From Mobula hypostoma (taxonomy: Eukaryota), in assembly GCF_963921235.1 (NCBI RefSeq), contig NC_086097.1, forward strand, positions 25,236,001 through 25,300,000: a stretch of DNA of 64,000 bases, in the 5' to 3' direction. Positions 39,501-49,594 of this stretch are shown here, in pieces. A program made the position numbers and the translations under genes. Positions within the stretch are counted from its first letter, which is position 1. Each line of letters begins with the position of its first letter. The notes beneath the pieces were generated by a model that was given only the letters and a program-made list of their open reading frames with translations, was not told where the DNA came from and searched no databases.

Positions 39501-40546
39501 ACAGGGGCATGAGGGAGGAGCGTGCAAACATTGATTAGAAAGGGACACTAACAGGGCAGAACAGCCATACTTGGAGCTTTTGGAAGCAATATGGAAAGCT
39601 ACTTCTTCCTCCCAAAGAGGAAGTAGTATTCTAAAGACAGGATGATGCAACCATGGTTGACTAGGAAAGTCAAAGACAGCATAAAAGGAAAAGAGAGGGC
39701 ATATAATACAGCAAAAGTTAGTGGATTGGAAAGCTTTTAAAAAAACAACAGAAGGCAAATAAAAAAGCCATAAAGAGAGAAAAGATGAAATATGAAGGTA
39801 AGCTAGCCAATAATATAAAATAGGATACCAAAAGAATTTTCAGATATAAAAAGAGTAAAAGAGAAGCACTGGAAAATGTCACTAGTGAGGTAGAAATCAA
39901 GGACCAAGAAATGAAAGATCAACTGAATAAGTATTTTGCATCATTCTTCACTGTGGAAGACACAAGAAGTACACCAGAAATTCAAGAGTGTCAGGGACCA
40001 GAAGTGAGTGTAGTTGCAATTAACAAGGAGAAGGTGCTTGGAAAGTTGAAAGGTCTGAAGGTTGATGACTCACCTGGACCAGATGGACTACACCTCAGGG
40101 GTTTGAAAGAGATAGCTGAAGAGATTATGGAGGCACTAGTAATGATCTCTCAGGGATCACTAGATTCTGGAATGGAGAACTGGAAAATTGAAAATGTCAT
40201 TCCGCTCTTTAAGAAGGTAGAGAGGCAGAAAAAAGGAAACTATAGGCCATTTAGCCTGACGTCAGTGATTGGGAATATGTTGGAGTCCGTTATTAAGAAG
40301 GAGGTTTCGGGGTACTTCGATGCACATGGTAAAAAAGGCCAACGTCTGCATGGTTTCCTTAAGGGGAAATCTTGCTTGACAAATCTGCTTGAATTCTTTG
40401 AGGAAATAACAAGCAGAACAGACAAAGCAGAGTCAGTGGATATTGCTTACTTGAAGTCAGAAGGTCTATGACAAGGGGGCGCACATGAGGCTGCTTAATA
40501 AGATAAGAGTCCATTGTATTACAGAAAGATACTAGTGTGGATAGAA

Positions 40547-40764
40547 GCAACACACATAAAAGTTGCTGGTGAACGCAGCAGGCCAGGCAGCATCTCTAGG
40601 AAGAGGTACAGTCGAGACCCTTCGTCAGATTAGTCCTGACGAAGGGTCTCGGCCCGAAATGTCGCTTGTACCTCTTCCTAGAGATGCTGCCTGGCCTGCT
40701 GCGTTCACCAGCAACTTTTACGTGTGTTGCTTAAAATTCCAGCATCTGCAGATTTCCTTGTGTG
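40547..40764 (+). mobile_element. Penelope-derived fold-back element inside CR1, with TSD
   Basis: Arms 40547-40628 and ~40636-40730; TSD AG(TG/CA)TGGATAGAA at 40534-40546 and 40765-40777; one-sided tail. Confidence 0.9.
40632..40667 (+). ncRNA. Minimal hammerhead ribozyme motif (core intact, stem I partly decayed)
   Basis: AGTC-CTGACGA-A-GGGTCTCGGCCC-GAAA-TGTC-GCTT: CUGANGA and GAAA boxes, GGG/CCC stem II, GUC cleavage triplet. Confidence 0.6.
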
Positions 40765-42015
40765 AGCATGGATAGAAAATTGGCTGACTGGCAGGAGGCT
40801 AAGAGTGGAAATAAAGGGGGCCTTTTCTGGCTGGCTGCTAGTGACTAGTGGTTTGCTGCAGGGGTCAATGTTGGGACAGCTTCTTTTCATCTTATATGTC
40901 AATAATTTGGATGATGGAATTGATAGATTTGTGGTGAAGTTTGGAGATGATAGGAAGATATATTGGAGGGGCAGGGAGTGTTGAGGGAACAGGAACTCTG
41001 CAGAAGGACTTCATTTGGAAGAATGGGCACAGAAGTGACAGATGAAATATAGTATTTGGAGGCATATGGTCATGCACTTTGGTAGAAGGAATAAAGGCAT
41101 AGATTATTTTCTAAATGGGGAGAAAATTGAAAACAAAATCAGGTGCAAAGGGACTTAGGAGTCCACGCGCAGGATTCTGTAAAGGTTAACTTGCAGGTTG
41201 TGTTGGTGGTAAGGAAGGCAAATGCAGTGTTAACATTCAATTCAAGGGAACTAGAATATGAAAGCAAGGATGTAATACTGAGGCTTTATAAGGCATTGGT
41301 GAGGCTTCATGGAGTATTGTGAGCAATTTTGGGCCTCTTATCTAAAATGTGTTGGCATTGGAAAGCGTCTACAGGAGGTTCACAAGAATGATTCTGGAAT
41401 GAAAGGGTTAATGTATAACAAGTGTTTAATGGCTCTGTGCTTGTAATCACTGCAGTTTAGAAGATTGAGGGGAGATATCATTGAAACTTATCGAATATGC
41501 CTAGATTGAGTGGATGTGGAGAGGATGTTTCCTATAAATGGTGAGTTCAGGGCCAGAGAGCTCAGTCTCAGAATAGAACAGAGTTGAGAAGAAATTCATT
41601 GCCACAGACAGCTGTGGAGGCCAAGTCATTGGAGTGTATTTAAAGCAGAAGTTGATAGGTTCTTGAATAGTTGGGACGTCAAAAGGTTACAGGGAGCATG
41701 CAGAAGAATGGTGTTGAGTGAGATAATAAATCAACCATGATGGAATGGTCTGAATGACCTAATTCTGCTCCTAGGTATTATGGTCTTAACAATCTACTGA
41801 AGGAACACAGCATGTCCAGCAGCAGGAAAGGTATCAAATCAAAGCTCTCACTCTGACTCTTTTCCTCCATTAGGTTGTTCATTGCTCCAGACCTGAGAAC
41901 CTGCAGTGTCCTGTGTCTCTGTCAGTACTCATAAATTCATCGAAATATGCAGCACTGGAGATAGCCATTCATCCTACTGACTCCATACAAGCTGAAAGAA
42001 AGGGCCATCTAATCT

Positions 42016-42239
42016 AAGCAACACACATAAAAGTTGCTGGTGAATGCAGCAGGCCAGGCAGCATCTCTAGGGAGAGGTGCAGTCGACGTTTCAGGCCGAG
42101 ACCCTTCGTCACGAAGGGTCTCGGCCTGAAACATCGACTGCACCTCTTCCTAGAGATGCTGCCTGGCCTGCTGTGTTCACCAGCAACTTTTATGTGTGTT
42201 GCTTGAATTTCCAGCATCTGCAGAATTCCTGTTGTTTGC
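42016..42239 (+). mobile_element. Penelope-derived near-perfect palindrome with 16-bp TSD
   Basis: ~94-bp arms around position 42110 (about 4 mismatches, 1-nt spacer), tail 42205-42239; TSD GCCATCTAATCTAAGC at 42004-42019 and 42238-42253. Confidence 0.95.
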
Positions 42240-42287
42240 CATCTAATCTAAGCCATATCTCAGCTTGTGTTTTGGTCTTCAAATACA

Positions 42288-42373
42288 CACTCAGTGGCCA
42301 CTTTATTAGGTACACCGCACACATTCTCATTAATGCAAAAATAGGAGGTACTTAATGAAGAAGCCACTGAGTG
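42288..42373. mobile_element. 86-bp Tc1-derived MITE
   Basis: CACTCAGTGGCCACTTTATTAGGTAC ... GTACTTAATGAAGAAGCCACTGAGTG-TA. Confidence 0.8.
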
Positions 42374-42584
42374 TATTTTTCAGCAACTCTTCTCTAATCC
42401 TTATGGAAATTACTGTGAATTAGTATCCCCTGGTGATTGTCAGCTCTTCCAAAGAAAGAAGGTGCTTCTTACCTATTTTATATGTGCCTCCCATGATTTT
42501 ATAAACCTCAGTTTAATTTTCTGTCAACTTTTGCTGTTCCAAAGAAATCCATCCTAGGTTCTGGTAATGTGTTCATAAGCCTTC

Positions 42585-43125
42585 TCCTTGATAGAGGCTA
42601 TTATAAAGGATGAGATAACACGAGAGTTGGAAAATATCAATGGGATTATACAAAGTCAACATGTATTTCTGGAAGGAAATCATATTCAATAAACTACTGG
42701 AGACTTCTGAGGATGTAACTGGTAGAATAGATAAGGAAACACTAGTGGAGGTGGTGTACTTAAATTTTCAGAAGGTCTTTCATACAGTCCCACATGAAAA
42801 GATTGCTCTTTGCAAAATTAAAGCAGATGTGTTTGGGGTAACATATTGGGAAAGATTGAAAATTGGTTAACAGGCAGGAAACAGAGAGTAGGAATAAATG
42901 AGTCTTTTGTTAGAATGGTGGGCAGTCGCCACAGGAATCAGCTTAAATCTTAGCTACACATAATATAGCAATGATTTGAATGAAGGAAGAGAATGTAATA
43001 TTTCGAAGTTTGCGGATGACACAAACTGCATGGGATTATGAACTGTGAGGGGGACAGAAAGAGGCTTCAAGGTAATTTAAAACATGGAATGTGTGGCAAA
43101 ACACAGTAGATATATTATACAGAGT
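42585..43125 (+). mobile_element. Old CR1 RT fragment
   Basis: EDVTGRIDKETLVEVVYLNFQKVFHTVPH; AAGTTTGCGGATGACACA (KFADDT). Confidence 0.8.
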
Positions 43126-43129
43126 GGGA

Positions 43130-43660
43130 AATTGGTAAATTACTTTACTATTGCCACATGCACTGAGCTGCAGTGAAAAACTTTGTTTGGCATGCCAATC
43201 ATGCAGATCATTTCATTACAACAGTGCACAGAGGTAGTACAAGGGAAAACAATAACAGAATGCAGAGTGAAGTGTTACAGTTACAGAAAAAGTGAAATGC
43301 AGGCAGACAATTAGGTGCAAGTCCATAACGGGGAAGATTGTGAGGTCTGTTGTACTAAGTGGCCATTCAGTAGTCTTATAACAGCGGTTGAAGCTGTCCT
43401 TGAGCTTGGTGGTATGTGCTTTCAGGCATTTGTATCTTCTGCCCTAGAGGAGAGGGAGAAGAGAGAATGTCCAGGACTAGTGGGGTCCTTGATTATGCTG
43501 GTGCCTTTACAGAGGCAGTAAGAAGTATAGACAGAGTCCATGGGGCGGGAAGGGGAAGCGGCGGAATATCTCCTGTGATGTGCTGAGCTGTGTCGACAAC
43601 TCTCTTCAGTTTCTTGTAGTCACTTGCAGAGCAGTTGCCATACCAAGTCGAAATGCATCC
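43130..43660 (-). mobile_element. Rex1/Babar-type 3' fragment
   Basis: ORF 43493-43786 LSGCISTWYGNCSASDYKKLKRVVDTAQHITG. Confidence 0.8.
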
Positions 43661-43664
43661 AGAC

Positions 43665-43879
43665 AGACTCAAGAGAGACTGCAATGCTGGGTGTCTAGAG
43701 CAACACACACAAAATGCTGGAGGAAATTGGTAGGTCAGACAGCATCTATGAAAGGAAATGAACAGTTGATATTTGGCCCAAGACAATTCAACAAGATAAG
43801 TGAAGGTTTTTGACCCAAATATGTCATCTGTTCATTTCCCTCTGTAGATGCTGCATGTTCTGCTAAGTTCCTCCAGCAT

Positions 43880-43890
<11 letters not shown>
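43665..43890 (-). mobile_element. Older Penelope-derived fold-back element
   Basis: CAACACACACAAAATGCTGGAGGAA ... TTCCTCCAGCATTGTGCGTGTGT inverted arms meeting at ~43795. Confidence 0.75.

Positions 43891-43915
<25 letters not shown>
43881..43915. repeat. (GT)n microsatellite
   Basis: GT run expanded from the TGTGTGT end of the Penelope arm. Confidence 0.95.
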
Positions 43916-43916
<1 letters not shown>

Positions 43917-44689
43917 CTCTATGATATCACCTTTCTAATTAACAAATTCTGAAGTGCGACTGGACATGATGGTTTCAGGCCACCTACAAGTGCCCCATCA
44001 ATGAATTACATGTTTGTACCATCTGGCTTCTGATTTCTTTACATCTTTTGGGCAAGTATGTGTTCCCACCCACACCTTCCCTCAATTGTAACTGACATTT
44101 GTGAGATACCTACATGTTTTTGTTTTGAACAACTTCAGCATTAATGTGCTATACAAAAACAAATTAGCTGCAGCAGAAAAAGCAGCCAGTGCACAAAGCT
44201 GACTAAACTCATTGCATTTTCAAAGAGAGTCACCTAATTGTTTCTGTCACTCTGCGCTCAGACCTATTTGGTCAAAGTATGGCTTGTGGCTAGGCTGGTT
44301 TGCACTGAACTGTTAACGTATGCACGTCCGTATCCCAGAGAAAACAGACAAAAATCATTATTTCTAACGGCCAGCTCGCAGAGGGACAATTTCATGAAGA
44401 TGATTATTAATGTCTCCACATTAGCTTCTGTCACATGATAGATTTCCTTTGGCATTGACACAGTGCCCAAGCTGCTCAACTTCAGAAATCGACCTATAAA
44501 TCATCTGGCACACAGGTGTCATATCCAGAAGTGTACACACGTCTGTTTTCATTTACAAAACTTGCAGATTATTGGCGATCTGCAAGAAATATCTTTTACC
44601 TAGAACAATAAGCACAGCATAGGCCCTTCGGCCCACAATGTTGTGCCAACCTTTTAACCTACTCTACAAAGCACATATTTTGAAAGCGA

Positions 44690-45005
44690 TTAGCTTTATT
44701 TGTCACATGTACATCGAAACATCAAAACATACTGAAATCTGTCATTTTGCATCAACCATCATCCAAAGATGGTACTGGGGCAGCCCACAAGTGCTGCCAT
44801 GCTTCTAGCACAATCTAGTATACCCACACTCATTAACTCTAATCCCAACCATACATCTTTGGAAAGTGGGAGGAAGCTGGAGCACTCGGAAGAAACCCAT
44901 ATGGTCATGTTGAGAACGTACAGATTTCTTACAGACAGTAGTGGGAATTCATCCCCAATCACTGGTGCTGTAATGCTCTATTCTAGCTGCTACACCAATG
45001 CCCCA
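44690..45005 (-). mobile_element. V-SINE with LINE-like tail
   Basis: ATTAGCTTTATTTGTCACATGTACATCG tail; GGGAGGAAGCTGGAGCACTCGGAAGAAACCCA V-domain (reverse complement). Confidence 0.75.
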
Positions 45006-47119
45006 ATGAAAGTTTCAGAGTACCAAAAACTAAGCCTAACCCAAGCATTAGGAGAGGTGTAAAAAGTTAGTCAAAAAGCAAGGTTTAAACCATCTGCTGA
45101 AATGGAGAAACAGCTGGAGAGGTTTGGGAAAGTACTTCTGTAGATTAGGGCCTAGAGAGCCGAAAGTGAAAAAAACATTGGGAGATGCCTTGAAATTAAC
45201 TTCAATCTCCAAACCATCAGTTAGAGTAACTGGATTATTAATGTTTTTTTAATAAAATGAAAGTTGGGAGATGCATTCTATTGTATTTTTTTAAATGCCT
45301 GCAAGAAAATGAATATCAAGGTAGTATTTAGTAACATATACTGTACATCTTTGGATAATAAATTTACTTCAACTTTGAAGTCATAAACTCCGTTTACACA
45401 CTTGAAATGACACTTATTAAACATTTAAACAATTTGATGCACAGAAAAGGAAATAATAATGCAAATTTAAGGCACGATTCTATCATTGTATCAGAATATT
45501 TTTTACATTAGGCTGTGTTTTATGGATAAAGGACAGGAACTGAGATCCATTTGAGGAATCTGATAAATCTTATTAGGAAATGTTTAGTGAATAGTTTAGA
45601 TACAGGATTAAGACTCATTTCTACTGAGAAAAACATTTCAGATAAGGTCAGAATTTTCATTTCTACGACCTTACTGCTTTTAACATAAGCAATACAATTC
45701 TAAATTAGATGGATAAAACAACTGAAAAGTTATGCAGTTGAAGTTCCATGAACGAGAATTAAAACTAGACCAGAAAACACCACAATATTAAAAATATATA
45801 TTTGCCCTGAACCAACTACTTCGAACTTTCAACACTCTCTGTGCCTCCTTGACAACCTACATTTGACTAACAATCTGTCCCAAGGTCTTCCACTGAGATG
45901 GAAGCTAATCATAACTCATTCCTTTGTAAACCACCATTAATTCCTGAATAGTGCATTATGTATTGATACTGATGAGATCAAAACAAAGTTATCTCTGCCC
46001 CTCACAACTTAATTGCAGAACAGCAGGAAATTTATGCATTAAAGCCTGCTGATATTAAAGGGGAGACACTTTCAATGATTAGTCCAGTAAAATAATGTCC
46101 TACATTGAAATCACTGCAATTTCCTAATAGCAAGAAAACATCTTTTGACCTTCCTGTTCTTATAGTTCTACCCACTATCTTTAAAATAAGGGATGGGCCA
46201 AATGGCCTAATTCTGCTCCTATGTTTTATGGTCTTACAGAAATTTATGCAATAGATTGATATGCTTTGAACTTTCCATGAACAACACATTGTTCTCCAAT
46301 CTTATTCACTCAGATTGTGCTTTCTTGTGCCCTTCATTCCTGAATTAATTATTTTACATTTGTCTATTTTAAATTGCTCTTTGCAATTACCTAAAAAAGA
46401 TTGAATTTAATTGCACTGCTCCTTAATAATTGCTTTAATTGTTTTGTATTGTCACTAAGTTACATTTACCATATCCTTGTCATGATTAAAAATATCATGT
46501 TCCTAAGATTTACTTTCTGGAGGATATTTATTCATAAATATATCAAATTACACTTCTTCATTCCCTTACCGCTTCCACCTATCACCTATCCTACCTTCAT
46601 ACATCTTACCTCCCTCTCCCATCACTTGGTCTTACTTATCATCTGCTAGCTTGACTCCTTGCCCTATCCCTACCTTCTTATTCTGCCCTTTCCTTTCCAG
46701 TCCTGGAAAAGGGTCTCAGCCCAAAATGTTACAGTAGCAGAGCTTTACACCACCAGCAATCAAAGTTCAATTCCCACTGCTGTCTGTAAGGAGTTTGTAC
46801 GTTCTCCCTATGACCATGTGGATTGTCTCCAGGTGTTCTGGTTTCCTCCCACATACAGGTAGTAAGTTGTGGGGATACTATGTAGGCATTTGTGGATTGT
46901 TCTAAACTGAAGTTTATTTCCCTTCTTACATTTAAGCCAATATTCTTCCCAACTGCAAATCTCACTTACAATAACAAAATTATTAGCCCCCATCCATATA
47001 TTACTAGGTTGGAAACCTTGGAAAGATCTTCCTACATATCAGCTGCTTATTTCCAGCCTCTGTAGTGCTAGATTATCATGAAACATTACTGTTACTACTG
47101 CCTCATAAGCAACTTGGAT

Positions 47120-48165
47120 CGGCTCCAGAGAAGATGCTATCTCATTGGCTCTTCACTCAACCCTGGAAGATAAGGACAGCAAAGATACATACATCTGGAT
47201 GCTCTTTATTGACTACAGCTCAGCATTCAATACTATCATTCCCTCAAATCTAATCAATAAGCTTTAAGACCTTGGCCTTGATAATTGGATCCTTGATTTC
47301 CTCACTTGCAGACCCTAGTCAGTTCAGATTGCAACAACATCTCGTCCACAATCCCCATCAGCACAGATGCACCACAAGGCTGTGTGCTTAACCTCCTGCA
47401 ATACTCACTTTACACTTCTGACTGTGTGGCTAAGCACAGCTCCAATGCCATATGCAAGTTTGCTGACAACACTTCATAAGCCGAATCAAAGGTGGTGACG
47501 AATCAGCACATCAGAGGGATGCTGAAAATCTGGCTAAGTGGTGCCACAATAATCTCTTACTCAATGTCAGCAATAACGGGGAGCTGATTATTAATTTCAG
47601 GAGGGGGAAACTAGAGCTCCATTAGGTAGCCCTCATCAAGGATCAGAGGTGGAGAGGGCCAGCAACTTTAAATTCCTCAGTGTTATCATTCCAGAGGACT
47701 TGTCCTGGGTCCAGCATATAGTGCAATTATGAAGAAAGTACCACAACACCTCTACTTCCTTAGGTATTTGCAAAGATTCAGAATGACATCTAAATCTTTA
47801 ACAAACTTCTGCAGATGTGTGCTGGAGAGTATATTGACTGATTGTTTCACAGCCTGGAATGGAAACAACAATACAATATCCCACTGTTATCAGAGTCTTG
47901 AATGGACTTCTTATACAATAAGATGGACATTTGGCCTCACAATCTACCTTGTTATGATCTTACGCTTTATCATTTACTTGCACTGTACTTTTTCTGTAGC
48001 TGTTACATTTTATTCTACATGGTTACATTTTTTTCTGTAGCTGTTACATTTTATTTTACCTTGTTCCACCTCAGTGCACTGTGTAATGATTTGATCTGAA
48101 TGAACAGTATGGAAGACAAGCTTTTCACCACACCTCAGTACATATGACAATAGTAACACAAATAA
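47120..48165 (+). mobile_element. Rex1/Babar LINE RT fragment
   Basis: [69 protein letters not shown]. Confidence 0.85.
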
Positions 48166-48554
48166 ATTCAATTCAATGCATTCATTGTAACTAAAACAGA
48201 TTTGGCTAGTTCATGCCTAATCCAACCAACTCAATTTACACACCACCTATAACGTAAAGTGGAGTGGACCACAAGAAACAATGAGGCTTGTGTCGTGGGC
48301 CCTGACACCTTATACTTTGACAATGCCATCAAAGTCCTTTACAGTAAGTCTTTGGCTCTGATATCCAGAGACATTTAAACACAGTTGAAGCAGATTGAAG
48401 AAACTGAAAAATATTCCTGATAATTCATTTACTCAAAAAATTGCTATGTGAGTTAATTTAAAATATTAACATTGAGTAAAATAAAGAACCTATTTATCAT
48501 CATGTACAGTAGCTTCCCAATCCAGGTTGAAGGTGCGATACAAAATATGATGTT

Positions 48555-48858
48555 AAAGCGATTTGCTTTATTTGTCACATGTACATTGAAATGTGTTGTT
48601 TGTGTCAATGACTAACATAGTCCAAGGATTGTGCTGGGGGCAGCCTGCGAGTGTTGCCACACTTCTGGCAGCAACGCAGCATGCCCACAACTCACTAAGC
48701 CAAACCCGTACATCTTTGGAATGAGGGAGGAAACTGGAGCACCCAGAGGTTACACGGTCATGGCGAGAATATACAAACTCTATACAGACATTGACAGGAG
48801 TTGACCCTGGTTGGTAATTGCTGGTGTTGCATTAAGCACTATGTTACAGTGCCACCCC
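48555..48858 (-). mobile_element. V-SINE
   Basis: GGGAGGAAACTGGAGCACCCAGAGG V-domain reverse complement plus tail. Confidence 0.75.
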
Positions 48859-49594
48859 ATACATACACCAAATATGAATATGCATATATACAGTACGGAG
48901 CATAAGTAGTGCTACACACACCAAATTACACTTGCTGAATGCTTCGCAGTAGTCAAACATCTGATTATTATGAGGAATGCAGTTAGAAACTATGTATCAT
49001 CATAGAGGTAATGCATCAGGATCCATTACTACAAGTCAGAAAATATCCAAAGTCAATAATGACCACATTATAACTCTTCATTTTTTGAGAGAATAACTTC
49101 ACACATTGTCACATCAATCTCACCCTGATTTTCAAAAAGTAGTTTGGAAAGGGTGGAAGAACACAATTGAAGCAACTCATTTAATCCTCTCCGTTTATCC
49201 ACACTCACAATTTTTAGGCTCCTTTGCTAAAAATAACCTACCGATCCACCATACTAAATCAGGAACTGCAGTCTGTCACATCACCCCAAGCTGATTATTA
49301 GATTTAAGTTTTGTTAAAGAACAGATTAAATTATAACTTGAGATTCTTCTAACTTTCAGTTTTCTATTTTGCAGTTATTCCTGTGTTATTATTTTTGTTC
49401 TATCCAAAGTGCTTTCGCACACACAACTCATAAATTCCTGTCACCATTCTGAAAGGAGATCGATTAATACACCATGATTAATTTTTCCCTCAATAAGAAT
49501 GGATCAACATAGTGTCTCTTCATGATTCAATGATCCAAAATTCTGAGCAAGACACATTTCCTTACTTGTAAATCATCTCCACTCCTGTATTTGA

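Larger units (their letters stand above)
39380..41790 (+). mobile_element. Degraded CR1 ORF2, about 2.2 kb plus an insertion
   Basis: ORF 39911-40471 LNKYFASFFTVED...SPGPDGLH...NYRPFSLTS...GKSCLTNLLEFFEE; later RT motifs and CR1 3' UTR at ~41700-41790. Confidence 0.9.

Noticed and set aside
44561..44586. Hairpin CTTGCAGAT-N8-ATCTGCAAG as a structured RNA
   Set aside because: A single 9-bp stem is expected by chance in 64 kb; no other support.
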